DNA from: an uncultured Chloroflexota bacterium
GTDB lineage: Bacteria; Chloroflexota; Dehalococcoidia; Lucifugimonadales; UBA826
Length of the DNA: 64,000 bases
Assembly (NCBI GenBank): GCA_913048525.1
Contig: CAJWWP010000002.1
Location: 12,426-76,425 of the forward strand
Reading direction: 5' to 3'
The notes beneath the pieces were generated by a model. That model did not search any database. It worked only from the letters and a program-made list of their open reading frames with translations, and was not told where the DNA came from. The position numbers and the translations under genes were made by a program. Positions within the stretch are counted from its first letter, which is position 1. Every line of letters starts with the position of its first letter. Positions 14,150-24,058 of the stretch are shown piece after piece.

Positions 14150-15160
14150 ATGTGTAGTGAAAATATAACGAATGTTCCGGGAATAAAGGTAGGTCATTGG
14201 ACTCATGAGGGTGCTTTGACTGGTTGTACTGTGGTTCTGTGTGGGGAAAATGCAGTGGGAGGAGTCGATGTAAGAGGATCCTCACCAGGGACTCGCGAGA
14301 CGGATATTCTTGGTTCGGATAAGCGTGTTGAAATAGTTAATGCTTTCATGTTGAGTGGTGGCAGCGCTTATGGCCTTGCTGCTGCTGACGGTGTTATGAA
14401 GTATCTAGAAGAACAAGGCATTGGTTTTAAAGTAGGGCGGAACGTGGTACCGATTGTCCCATCTGCCATAATTTATGATTTAGCTGTGGGGGATTCGTCC
14501 GTTAGACCTGATAGTGCTGCTGGATATGATGCCTGCAAATCGGCCACCACGGGTATTTTCGCTCAAGGAAACGTAGGTGCTGGTACGGGAGCAACTGTGG
14601 CAAAAGTGTTGGGTTCTAACAGATCCATAAAAGGTGGTTTGGGTTCCGACTCAATAAGACTTCCAAATGGATTAACTGTGGGAGCGCTGGTAGTTGTTAA
14701 TGCTATTGGTAGTATTCATGATCCACATACTGGGAATCTTGTTGCGGGTCCCAGGAGTTCTGACGGGAGTATGGCCAGCGCGTCTGAGATTTTAATTGCC
14801 GGTAAGGATATTGGTGAACAAAGTTTGGGAGCCAATACCACAATAGGGGTGATTGCTACTGACGCAACATTGACCAAGTCGCAAGCCAATCAACTTGCTT
14901 CTTCTGCTCATGACGGCTTGGCCCTATCAATTAGGCCTTCACATTTGATAGGAGATGGAGACACCATTTTTGCCGTTGCGACAGGAGGTGCGTCTCATCC
15001 TGATCAAGAGATTGCAGACGCACACAGTTTAAACAGAATAATTGCTGCTGCCGTAGACTGCACATCTCAAGCGATTGTGAATGCCGTCCGGTCAGCAACC
15101 GGCGTTTCGGGTGTTCCGTCTGTTAATGAAGTACATACATCTGGAAGTTTGGGAAATTGA
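14150..15160 (+). CDS. P1/S58 family (DmpA/ThnT-like) self-cleaving amidohydrolase
   Basis: ITNVPGIKVGH, TGCTVV, RGSSPGTRET, LSGGSAYGL, GNVGAGTG, NTTIG cleavage motif, DGDTIF; ATG at 14150 preferred. Confidence 0.88.
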   Translation: MCSENITNVPGIKVGHWTHEGALTGCTVVLCGENAVGGVDVRGSSPGTRETDILGSDKRVEIVNAFMLSGGSAYGLAAADGVMKYLEEQGIGFKVGRNVVPIVPSAIIYDLAVGDSSVRPDSAAGYDACKSATTGIFAQGNVGAGTGATVAKVLGSNRSIKGGLGSDSIRLPNGLTVGALVVVNAIGSIHDPHTGNLVAGPRSSDGSMASASEILIAGKDIGEQSLGANTTIGVIATDATLTKSQANQLASSAHDGLALSIRPSHLIGDGDTIFAVATGGASHPDQEIADAHSLNRIIAAAVDCTSQAIVNAVRSATGVSGVPSVNEVHTSGSLGN

Positions 15161-15164
15161 AGCG

Positions 15165-16088
15165 ATGACACTCGATAAGGCTTCTAGAATCGGTATTATC
15201 GGATCGGGGTTTGTTGGAGGTTCCCTGGCAGTTGCCCTTTCAAGAGTGGGTTACAGTGTGGTCGCAGCTGCAAGCCGAAGATTCACTTCAGCAGAATTAC
15301 TTGCTTCGCGTATAAGAGGCTGTAAAGCATTTACTGATTCACAAGATGTTATTGATGTTTCAGACGTTGTATTTCTAACAACTCCGGATGATCTAATTAA
15401 ATCTATATCTGAACGTCTGATGTGGAGAAGCAGACAAGCTGCTATTCACTGCTCGGGTGCTGCCAGTTTAGATGTGTTCGACCACCTGGCGGAGCACAAT
15501 GTAATCCCGGGAGCCTTTCATCCTCTCCAAGCCTTCATGTCGATTGATGAAGGGGCTGACAGTTTGTCCGGCATAACCTTTGGCATAGAAGGTGGAGAAG
15601 AAATAGCGCCTTTTCTCGAAGAAATGGCGAAGCGCCTTGGTGCACATCCAGTGTTCTTGTCGGCTGAAGACAAAGCCTTGTATCACATATCTGGTGTAAT
15701 GCTAGGAGGATTGCTTACTGAGTACGCAGCGATTACAACCCAGTTATGGGAGCATATTGGAAGATCTCGCGCGGATGGGATACGCGCATTGTTGCCGATG
15801 ATGAGACAAGTAGCAAATAATCTCGAAACGTTTGGTCTACCTGAGGCTGTCGCTGGGCCATACGCTAGAGGAGATGTAGGGACTATTCGTAAGCATCTGG
15901 ATGCTTTGCGAGAAAGGAAGCCAGAACTTTTGGCATTTTATTGTGAATTAGCACTTGCCGGTATGGGCCCTGTAGAAGAGAAACAGGTTTTGGATGAGAC
16001 CACTCGCAAGGAAATAATTAACGTTCTTAAGGATGGATTACTTGTAGCACGAAACATGGAGGCTACGGAGGAAGAGAAAGAGGAATAA
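15165..16088 (+). CDS. Rossmann-like/DUF2520 protein, PanG-type ketopantoate reductase candidate
   Basis: IGIIGSGFVG, TTPDD, IHCSGA, FHPLQAF, KALYH, GPYARGD; directly upstream of panB. Confidence 0.82.
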   Translation: MTLDKASRIGIIGSGFVGGSLAVALSRVGYSVVAAASRRFTSAELLASRIRGCKAFTDSQDVIDVSDVVFLTTPDDLIKSISERLMWRSRQAAIHCSGAASLDVFDHLAEHNVIPGAFHPLQAFMSIDEGADSLSGITFGIEGGEEIAPFLEEMAKRLGAHPVFLSAEDKALYHISGVMLGGLLTEYAAITTQLWEHIGRSRADGIRALLPMMRQVANNLETFGLPEAVAGPYARGDVGTIRKHLDALRERKPELLAFYCELALAGMGPVEEKQVLDETTRKEIINVLKDGLLVARNMEATEEEKEE

Positions 16089-16090
16089 GT

Positions 16091-16885
16091 ATGAGGTATT
16101 CGATCAAAAGATTCCAAAAAATGCGAGATGACGGAAAACCTATACCAATGATGACTGCATACGATTACACATCTGCCTATGCCGTCGAAAAAGCTGGAGT
16201 ACAGATAATATTGGTTGGGGATAGCCTAGGTCAGGTTGTACTAGGACATGACTCCACGGTACCTGTGACAATGGATGACATGATTAGACATATTCAGATG
16301 GTTGTTAGGAGCACACAAAAGGCACACATTGTGGGTGACTTGCCTTTTATGAGTTATCAAGTTTCAAATGAGGATGCAATCCGCAATGCGGGGAGACTAT
16401 TAAAAGAAGGCGGGTGTCAGTCAGTTAAGTTAGAAGGGGGTCTATCTGTAGCAAAGGCAGTCAAAAAAATTGTTCAAGTTGGCATTCCGGTGATGGGTCA
16501 CTTGGGATTAACACCTCAGTCTGTAAACCAGATAGGTGGATACAGGGTTCAAGGGCGTTCATCTCGTGAGTCGGAAACATTGCTGGAGGATGCTCTAGAG
16601 ATTCAAGAAGCAGGTGCCTACGCCGTTGTGTTGGAGCTTGTGTCGGCCGAAGTTGCGGAAATGATCACTGAAAAACTGTCTGTACCAGTTATTGGGATTG
16701 GATCCGGTGTTGGATGCAGTGGCCAGGTTCAAGTATTTCATGACATTCTCGGTTTGATCCCAAACTTTTCTCCTAAACATGCACGTCGCTATGCTGAGGT
16801 AGGGACGACTATTCAGAATGCAGTTGAGTCATATGTGTCCGACGTCATGGATAGAAGGTTTCCATCTCCTGAGGAGAGTTTTTGA
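16091..16885 (+). CDS. panB: 3-methyl-2-oxobutanoate hydroxymethyltransferase
   Basis: MMTAYDY, LVGDSLG, DLPFMSY, VKLEGG, MGHLGLTPQ, GQVQVFHD. Confidence 0.96.
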   Translation: MRYSIKRFQKMRDDGKPIPMMTAYDYTSAYAVEKAGVQIILVGDSLGQVVLGHDSTVPVTMDDMIRHIQMVVRSTQKAHIVGDLPFMSYQVSNEDAIRNAGRLLKEGGCQSVKLEGGLSVAKAVKKIVQVGIPVMGHLGLTPQSVNQIGGYRVQGRSSRESETLLEDALEIQEAGAYAVVLELVSAEVAEMITEKLSVPVIGIGSGVGCSGQVQVFHDILGLIPNFSPKHARRYAEVGTTIQNAVESYVSDVMDRRFPSPEESF

Positions 16886-16915
16886 GTATCTAAATAAGTT
16901 GGTCAGGTTACTAGA

Positions 16916-17776
16916 ATGAAAATTATGGAGACTGCTGCTGCGTTCCGACAAGAATGGGCGAATCTTAACGAATCTGCGAAATTGTCGCTTGGGTTAGTGC
17001 CCACCATGGGGTTTCTACATGAGGGACATACCTCTCTTGTAAGGAAGTCTGTTTCACAAAACGATGTGACCGCCGCAACGATTTTTGTAAATCCAACTCA
17101 GTTTGGTCAAAATGAAGACTTTGAAGGCTATCCTAGAAATATGAGATCCGATCTAGAGATACTTGATCATGAAGGTGTGGATCTTGTTTTTGTACCTTCG
17201 CTCGATGAGATGTATCCGGAAGGGTTTGAAACTTTTGTAGATGTCGGGTCAGTTGCCACCCGTTTGGAAGGGGAATACAGGCCAGATCATTTTCGTGGTG
17301 TGGCAACTGTGGTTTGCAAATTGTTATCTATTTGTCGACCAGATAAAGCCTATTTTGGTCAAAAGGATGCGCAACAATGCGCCGTCATTATGGCTCTTAA
17401 TAGAGACCTGTCACTCGGAAGTGAAATTATCGTTGGAGAGACTGTCAGGTCATCAGATGGTCTTGCTTTGAGTAGTCGGAATGCATATCTATCAGATAGA
17501 GAGAGGAAGAAAGCATTATCTCTAAGTAGTGGACTGTTTGCTGCAAGAGAGTTATGGAAGTCAGGGGAGAAAGCGGCTGAAAAGTTGAAGTCTGTAGTCG
17601 CAAATGAGATCTTATCTGGGGACTTAGAAGTTTCTGTTGAGATTGATTATGTCAGTGTCTCAGATGGAAGTAGGTTTATTGAAGTTGGTCGTGTTGAAGA
17701 GCCTGGGAATGCGATTATTCTTGTAGCAGCTAAGATTGGCACGACACGATTAATTGATAATGTCCTACTTGTCTAA
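16916..17776 (+). CDS. panC: pantoate-beta-alanine ligase
   Basis: VPTMGFLHEGH, FVNPTQF, RPDHFRGV, FGQKDAQQ, GLALSSRN, TRLIDN. Confidence 0.96.
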   Translation: MKIMETAAAFRQEWANLNESAKLSLGLVPTMGFLHEGHTSLVRKSVSQNDVTAATIFVNPTQFGQNEDFEGYPRNMRSDLEILDHEGVDLVFVPSLDEMYPEGFETFVDVGSVATRLEGEYRPDHFRGVATVVCKLLSICRPDKAYFGQKDAQQCAVIMALNRDLSLGSEIIVGETVRSSDGLALSSRNAYLSDRERKKALSLSSGLFAARELWKSGEKAAEKLKSVVANEILSGDLEVSVEIDYVSVSDGSRFIEVGRVEEPGNAIILVAAKIGTTRLIDNVLLV

Positions 17777-17896
17777 GATTATAGGATTAATTCATTGAAT
17801 TAAAAGGCTAAGTTATTAATGTTTATGAGGACAAACTATCTCTAGAAAACAATATCGTTTATTTACCTTGAGTTTCGCAATTTGATTAAGTGAGTA

Positions 17897-18703
17897 ATGG
17901 GGTTTCCATTGAATATAGTTTTGACTAACGATGACGGAATAAATTCTCCAGGGTTGTGGGAGGTTGCACAACGGTTGTCGGATATATGCGACCTGACAGT
18001 TGTTGTTCCAGACCGTGATCAGAGTGGAAAAGGGGTTTCTCTAACGTTACTTAGACCACTGTGTGTGGAGCAAGTGGAATCGCGGGTTAATGGCATTGAT
18101 AAGGTATATACGGTTGATGGGACTCCCGCGGACTGTGTGATAATGGCTGCCGGGCATATCTGTTCTGGGAAAATAGATTTGGTTGTTTCTGGCATCAACC
18201 AGGGTGCCAATCTTGGATTAGATGTTTTTCATTCCGGTACCTTCGGTGCTGCTTTGCAAGCTTATAACAAAGGGATAGACGCTATAGCTCTTTCCGTTCT
18301 TTACAAAGACGGCATTTATAACCAGCCTGCGGCTGAAATAGGTTCTAAATTAGCTGAAGTTTTGTTGACTACCTCAAAAGTCAGGAATAAGTCTTACCTC
18401 TTGAACGTTAACTTGCCCCATGCCGAACTTGAAGGCATAGAAGGCGTAGATCTCACGACACTTGGGCCTAGGGGCTTTTCCGAACGGGTAGAGCAAGTTG
18501 TTAATGGACGTAGAAAATTCTATTGGATTAAATTTGATAAGCCCGCAGATGAAGATCCTGTTAAAGGTACCGACGTTTGGTCAGTACGGAATAATAGAGT
18601 GTCTATAACCTCGGTTGTTCCGTTTATGCCGGATCAAAACCGGAGTCCTGAGGTGTTATCGATTGCAGAATCTGTTCGTGAATTTATCTCATACCCACAG
18701 TAG
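17897..18703 (+). CDS. surE: 5'/3'-nucleotidase SurE
   Basis: LTNDDG, GTPADCV, VSGINQGANLG, SGT. Confidence 0.93.
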   Translation: MGFPLNIVLTNDDGINSPGLWEVAQRLSDICDLTVVVPDRDQSGKGVSLTLLRPLCVEQVESRVNGIDKVYTVDGTPADCVIMAAGHICSGKIDLVVSGINQGANLGLDVFHSGTFGAALQAYNKGIDAIALSVLYKDGIYNQPAAEIGSKLAEVLLTTSKVRNKSYLLNVNLPHAELEGIEGVDLTTLGPRGFSERVEQVVNGRRKFYWIKFDKPADEDPVKGTDVWSVRNNRVSITSVVPFMPDQNRSPEVLSIAESVREFISYPQ

Positions 18704-18707
18704 ATAG

Positions 18708-19892
18708 CTAGTCATCCCCGTATCCTGGGACGGCATGTGCCTTAAGAAACTCCTCATCCAAGTTTATTCCCAGTCCCGGCTTTTCTGATAAATACAGATG
18801 CCCTTTTCTAATATCTAATGGTATGTCGATGAGAGGGTTGTACCCGCTGAGCTCGTATCTCATCGTTTCGAGCTTGTAGAAGTTTGGGATGGTAGCGGAA
18901 ACATGAGCTCCCGCCATTATATTTATAGGACCACTAGCATCATGAGGCGATACTGGTATGTAGTAAGCTTCTGCCATTGTTGAGATTTTTTTCAGTTCAG
19001 ATATTCCTCCAGTCCAAGTTACATCCGGCATAACATAGTCAGCTAGGTTATTCTCAAAAATGGGCACAAATTCGAACCTTGTGTGTAATCGTTCTCCTAC
19101 ACTAATTCGCACGTTAGTGCTATCACGAACCTGTTGTAAGGCGTGGTAGCTTTCCACAGGGACAGGCTCCTCAAACCAGTGGATTCCGTATGGCTCCAGT
19201 CGGTTGGCTAGGTCAATAGCTGTTGGTACGTTGAATCTACCATGTGCATCGATAAGAATTTCTATATTAGGGCCTACAGCGTCGCGCACTTCCGCCGTAA
19301 TTTGTTCTGCTCTCTCGGCCCCTTCCGCTGAAATTTCACCGTCCAGAAATCCGATATTTCCACCGTGCAATGAGTGCATCATTGGGTCCATCTTGAAGGC
19401 TGTATGGCCTGAAGCCACAATTTCTTTTGCATCTCTTCTAGCAAGTTCAATATCTAAGCCAGGTTCGGGCGGATGTGTGTAAAGAGGTATACTTTCCCTT
19501 ACTGCTCCCCCCAGAAGTTTGTATATGGGCAAATTTAATGATTTGCCAAAAATATCCCATAGGGCAATATCTATTCCGCTCATTGCTGCTGTTGTTGCGC
19601 CTCGTGTCCCGGTATATGTAAAAAGACGAAATGTTCTCGCCCATATTTCTTCGATGCGGGTCGGGTCTTTTCCGACTAGAAAATCTTTAATCTCAGATGT
19701 ATATTTTTGTATAGCACGATTACCCACGTTACCAGGGTAATTTGTGATCTCCCCCCAACCGGTTATTCCTTCGTCGGTATCTATCTGCACAAATACGAAC
19801 TCACGAGCGACGGTATTTTTCGGCTCACTTCCACCGGTGCGATCGTCCCAATCCATTTGTATAAGGTAACTTTTCAAGTCTGTGATTTTCAT
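18708..19892 (-). CDS. mandelate racemase/muconate lactonizing family enzyme (galactonate dehydratase-like)
   Basis: TDEGITGWGE, SGIDIALWD, DAHGRF, WFEEP, GERL, PDVTWTGGI, PGLG. Confidence 0.88.
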   Translation of the reverse strand: MKITDLKSYLIQMDWDDRTGGSEPKNTVAREFVFVQIDTDEGITGWGEITNYPGNVGNRAIQKYTSEIKDFLVGKDPTRIEEIWARTFRLFTYTGTRGATTAAMSGIDIALWDIFGKSLNLPIYKLLGGAVRESIPLYTHPPEPGLDIELARRDAKEIVASGHTAFKMDPMMHSLHGGNIGFLDGEISAEGAERAEQITAEVRDAVGPNIEILIDAHGRFNVPTAIDLANRLEPYGIHWFEEPVPVESYHALQQVRDSTNVRISVGERLHTRFEFVPIFENNLADYVMPDVTWTGGISELKKISTMAEAYYIPVSPHDASGPINIMAGAHVSATIPNFYKLETMRYELSGYNPLIDIPLDIRKGHLYLSEKPGLGINLDEEFLKAHAVPGYGDD

Positions 19893-20029
19893 TGGTGACT
19901 CCTTTTGAGTGGGGTGGCCAGTATTTTATACTGTCGGAAATTATTATGCGTGGTTATGTAAAAAAAAAGATAATCTCTCTTGCGGAATGAACTCTTTAAC
20001 TTCATCATTGGAGGTCTCAGGATAGATCA

Positions 20030-21343
20030 ATGATGAAACATAGAGACCGTAGTTTCCTAGAAACCTCTAACTGGATAAAATCTCTTCCTTTCTACTATGG
20101 TTGGGTTATTGTCGCTGTTGCAGGATTAGCGCACTTTACATCTGCTCCGGGTCAAACCTACGTAACTTCAGTTTTTCTAGAACCGATGATTGAAGATCTG
20201 AATTGGTCTCGCACTTTGTTTTCAGGTATGTATACTGCTGGTTCTTTAATCGCTGCTCTGTTCATGGTTGTTGTTGGCAAAGCATTGGACAGATTTGGTT
20301 CCAGAAAAATGCTCGCGACCCTGTGCGTATTAATGGGATTTTCCTGCATTTGGATGAGTGGCGTTAGCACACAATGGCAACTCCTTTTAGGGTTTGCAGC
20401 TCTCAGGACAATAGGCCAAGGTTCATTTGGCCTTGTGTCTTCTACTATGATATCGATCTGGTTTATTCGGATCCGTGGCCGGGCGACAGCAGTTGCTTCA
20501 TTCGGTGGTGCGGCGAGCATGGCTATTTTCCCGGTTATAGTTCATTTTTTCGTAGCTTTATACGATTGGCGTGTAACCTGGCTAATTTTGGGCGTTTCGG
20601 TATGGTGTATTTTACTTATTCCCTCCGTGCTTCTCGTACGACGCAGTCCTGAATCTGTTGGATTGATTCCAGACGGCGAAATTGTAGATATAGAGGGGAA
20701 TAATTGCACCACCGAGAAAAGTTATGTAGAAGACGACGAATTTAGCTATACGCTTAGTGATGCGTTGAGGACCCGTGCTCTGTGGATGCTCACTCTTTCA
20801 AGTCTCGCTGTTCCACTCGTTATGACTGGGTTGATGTTTCACCACGTCTCCATATTGGGCGCCCAGGGAATATCGTCCCAAATGGCAGCGGTAACTCTTG
20901 GCATATTCGGTCCCTTAATGCTCGTTTTCAGTGTTGTATCTGGATTATTAGCGGACCGTTTCCCCGGACGGTATCTCCTTGCATTGGGCCAAGCCATCCT
21001 GGTAGTCGCAATGTTGTGGGTCTTTGTCATAGGGTCATCATGGCAGGCAATTATTTACGTGGTTATAAGTGCTGCTGCGGTGGGTCTTGTTCACACGACA
21101 GGTACCGTAATATGGGCAAATTATTTTGGTCGTGCCTACCTTGGGTCTATAAGAGGATTTGCGACAACAGTTATGGTCGCTTTCTCAGCCATGGGAGCGT
21201 TACCGTTTGGGTTTATTTATGACTGGACCGGTACTTACGATATGGCCTTATGGGTTCTTATGGGATTACCATTTACTGCCCTTATTTTTTCTCTTTTTGC
21301 CTCTCCACCTCGGCGCGACAATGTTAGTAATACTGACATTTAG
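20030..21343 (+). CDS. MFS transporter
   Basis: FYYGWVIV, GKALDRFGSR motif A, about 12 hydrophobic segments. Confidence 0.88.
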   Translation: MMKHRDRSFLETSNWIKSLPFYYGWVIVAVAGLAHFTSAPGQTYVTSVFLEPMIEDLNWSRTLFSGMYTAGSLIAALFMVVVGKALDRFGSRKMLATLCVLMGFSCIWMSGVSTQWQLLLGFAALRTIGQGSFGLVSSTMISIWFIRIRGRATAVASFGGAASMAIFPVIVHFFVALYDWRVTWLILGVSVWCILLIPSVLLVRRSPESVGLIPDGEIVDIEGNNCTTEKSYVEDDEFSYTLSDALRTRALWMLTLSSLAVPLVMTGLMFHHVSILGAQGISSQMAAVTLGIFGPLMLVFSVVSGLLADRFPGRYLLALGQAILVVAMLWVFVIGSSWQAIIYVVISAAAVGLVHTTGTVIWANYFGRAYLGSIRGFATTVMVAFSAMGALPFGFIYDWTGTYDMALWVLMGLPFTALIFSLFASPPRRDNVSNTDI

Positions 21344-21348
21344 AGTTG

Positions 21349-22311
21349 TTAAATTTCATCTAGAGCCCAAGATTTAACTAGATGGTGTGCTATCGCAAGT
21401 TTCATTGGGATTCGTAGAATATCGGTATTTCCATGTAATGATTGCAATACCTCTTCCCGTGAGAACCATTTCACATCTGTCATTTCTTCAGGGTCCATAT
21501 TGATTTCAGTTGTGACGGCTTCTGCATGACAACCTATCATTAGTGAATAAGGTAATGGCCAGGGCTGAGATGAATGGTAACGAACATTCTTTACTTTTAT
21601 TCCGGCTTCCTCCATAACTTCTCTAGCGACAGCTTCTTCTATCGATTCGCCTTGATCCACAAATCCAGCTAAAGCAGAGTATGTGTTGGTTTGCTGCAGT
21701 CGTCCTCTCGATTGTCCCAGCAAACACCTGTCTCCATCGTGCACAACAACTATGATTACGGGATCTGTTCTTGGGAAGTGCTGTGTTCCACAATTACTGC
21801 AGCTTCGGACTTGCCCTCCCCGTTTTATTGATGTTTCGGATCCACATGAAGAGCAATATCTGTATTTTTGGTGCCAGTTGGTTTGGATTCGTGCCTGTGC
21901 TGCCAAGCCTGCATCTTCCGGTCCTAGCATTTCCCCGCAAGTTCTGACATCTATGAACCGTAGCTGTGGATCCATAGTTTTTAGGTACTCATCTTCAAAA
22001 TGTTCTCCAGTTACGTCAATTGCAAATCGATATATGCCTTCAAGGAGGCCCAAAAAAATTGGAGTACTTGCAACATTTCTATTTTGAAGTTCTTTTAGTC
22101 CCACCCATTTCAGACTAGGGTGGTCACCCGATTCGGAAGTGTTCACAAGCAAATCCAAATTTCTTAGTGGCAGAAACAAGCTATTGGGTGACTCTGCCAT
22201 ACTAGAAATTGTATTCTCGTCTCTTCTTTCCCTCTCACCCCTGTCTATAGGATTTCGCGAAAAGACGTGACCATAACCTTGGACTGTTGAATCTTTTTGG
22301 GATTTGCTCAT
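21349..22311 (-). CDS. nudC: NAD(+) diphosphatase / NAD-cap decapping NudC
   Basis: CSSCG..CSNCG zinc finger, FPRTDP, Nudix box AGFVDQGESIEEAVAREVMEEAG, SQPWP. Confidence 0.92.
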   Translation of the reverse strand: MSKSQKDSTVQGYGHVFSRNPIDRGERERRDENTISSMAESPNSLFLPLRNLDLLVNTSESGDHPSLKWVGLKELQNRNVASTPIFLGLLEGIYRFAIDVTGEHFEDEYLKTMDPQLRFIDVRTCGEMLGPEDAGLAAQARIQTNWHQKYRYCSSCGSETSIKRGGQVRSCSNCGTQHFPRTDPVIIVVVHDGDRCLLGQSRGRLQQTNTYSALAGFVDQGESIEEAVAREVMEEAGIKVKNVRYHSSQPWPLPYSLMIGCHAEAVTTEINMDPEEMTDVKWFSREEVLQSLHGNTDILRIPMKLAIAHHLVKSWALDEI

Positions 22312-22398
22312 AAAGCACTCCTATAATTTGAGTTAGACGTAATTAAAACACATTTATTCAACAGAGCCAGTTCAATGTGGGTCAATATGTATGTCGCA

Positions 22399-22427
22399 TT
22401 GACAGTTGAATGCACCGGTCTCAGAAT
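22399..22427 (+). promoter_or_regulatory. sigma70-type promoter for NIPSNAP-MFS
   Basis: TTGACA-N17-CAGAAT. Confidence 0.5.
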
Positions 22428-22476
22428 TGCTCCACGTCGATAAATATTACTTTGTTTGTCATGAGGAGGATGAGTC

Positions 22477-22803
22477 ATGATTTATGAGACTAGGATCTAT
22501 GAAACTCACACAGGCCGCCTACCCGCTCTAAATGCGAGATTTAGAAACCATACTATGAAAATTTTTGAACGTCATGGAATTAAGAATATTGGGTACTGGA
22601 CCTCGGAGGTGGGGGAATATAGCGATAGGCTCACATATATTGTTGCTTTTGAAGACGCCGGATCACGGGAGAGGGCATGGGAGTCATTTAGGAATGATCC
22701 TGAATGGAATAAAGTGAGGGAAGATTCGGAGAAAGATGGAGCAATAGTTAAGCGGGTTTTTAACAATCTTTTGACCCCTACTGATTATTCTCCACTTCAA
22801 TAA
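22477..22803 (+). CDS. NIPSNAP family protein
   Basis: MIYETRIY, FERHGIKNIGYW, W..FRNDPEW, PTDYSPLQ; GAGGAGG SD. Confidence 0.9.
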   Translation: MIYETRIYETHTGRLPALNARFRNHTMKIFERHGIKNIGYWTSEVGEYSDRLTYIVAFEDAGSRERAWESFRNDPEWNKVREDSEKDGAIVKRVFNNLLTPTDYSPLQ

Positions 22804-22823
22804 CTTCTCAGGAAATTTAGTCT

Positions 22824-24044
22824 TTGAATTCTCCTGTCAAAAACAGATGGGGATCTGCGTTAGCTTATAGAGATTTTAGGTTTCTGTGGGCGGCTACCGC
22901 TTGCCAATCTATGGGATTTGGAATGGATAACGTTGCCTTAGGTTGGCTCATTTATGAGCTCACGGGTGACGCATTTATGGTTGGTGTGGCAGCGGCGCTG
23001 AGGATGATACCGCTTTTTCTCCTTGGGATAGTTTCGGGTGCTGTCGCGGATAGAGTTGATAGAAGAATTGTGTTAAGAATCGTAACTCTCACTGGGGCAA
23101 TCAACATGTTTGTCCTTGGCAGCCTTTTAGTCATGGGTATAGACAGTGTTTGGATGGTGATAGCATTGGCGACACTTATTGGTGTTTCATTTGCTTTTCT
23201 CTTAACCCTTAGGCAATCCTATACCTATGACATAGTAGGTTCTAATAACTCTCTAAACGGATTATCAATGTTACAAATCGCTTCACAAGGTGGAGCGGTT
23301 TTCGGCTCACTTCTTGCTGGGTTTTTGATTGAGAATATTGGTGTTGGATGGCAGTTTGTTGTTGTTGGGGGAACATATCTTCTATCTGTTCTGGTTTTAT
23401 TTGGCGCACGTGAATCTGGTCAGGCAGCATCCATATATAAGTCATCAGTCCTTTCAAATTTGGTTGGATACGTTACTTTACTAAAGGACTATCCAGTTCT
23501 ATTGATACTTATGTGTCTCGCTGCAACTACGGAAATTTTTGGTTTTACTCATATGAGCCTTATTCCTGTATTTGCAAAAGATGTATTGGGTGTTGGTGCG
23601 GGGGCGTTGGGGATTCTTACTGCCATCAAGCAGTTAGGAGGCTTTCTGGGTCTGATCGCTCTTGCCTCTCTTGGAGATTATCGAGGCAAAGGTAAACTGA
23701 TGTTTGGAGTCACAATCTGTTTTGGATTGGGTCAGATATTATTCTTTGCTGTTGACGGTGTTGTTTTTTTTGCAATTGTGCTTTTGCTTGTGAATGCCAG
23801 TGCGATGGCTGTCGACACACTCTACAAGACACTAATGCAGGAAAATGTACCGAATAAGGATCGGGGTAGAGCTATGGGGGCGTGGGTTCTCAGCATTGGA
23901 ACTGCACCAATTGGTCATCTGGGAATAGGTGGTATTGCAGGTGCTTTTGGTGCTCCAATTGCATTGCTTTTCAACGGCGTGGTTCTAACATCAGCCGGGG
24001 TGATAAGTTCCTTGTCTCTAGGGAAAATTCGTCGACTGCCCTGA
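22824..24044 (+). CDS. MFS transporter (MFS_3 / H+ antiporter-like)
   Basis: RDFRFLW, GAVADRVDRR, RGRAMG; about 12 TM segments. Confidence 0.87.
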   Translation: MNSPVKNRWGSALAYRDFRFLWAATACQSMGFGMDNVALGWLIYELTGDAFMVGVAAALRMIPLFLLGIVSGAVADRVDRRIVLRIVTLTGAINMFVLGSLLVMGIDSVWMVIALATLIGVSFAFLLTLRQSYTYDIVGSNNSLNGLSMLQIASQGGAVFGSLLAGFLIENIGVGWQFVVVGGTYLLSVLVLFGARESGQAASIYKSSVLSNLVGYVTLLKDYPVLLILMCLAATTEIFGFTHMSLIPVFAKDVLGVGAGALGILTAIKQLGGFLGLIALASLGDYRGKGKLMFGVTICFGLGQILFFAVDGVVFFAIVLLLVNASAMAVDTLYKTLMQENVPNKDRGRAMGAWVLSIGTAPIGHLGIGGIAGAFGAPIALLFNGVVLTSAGVISSLSLGKIRRLP

Positions 24045-24058
24045 GTTTCAATAAATGG

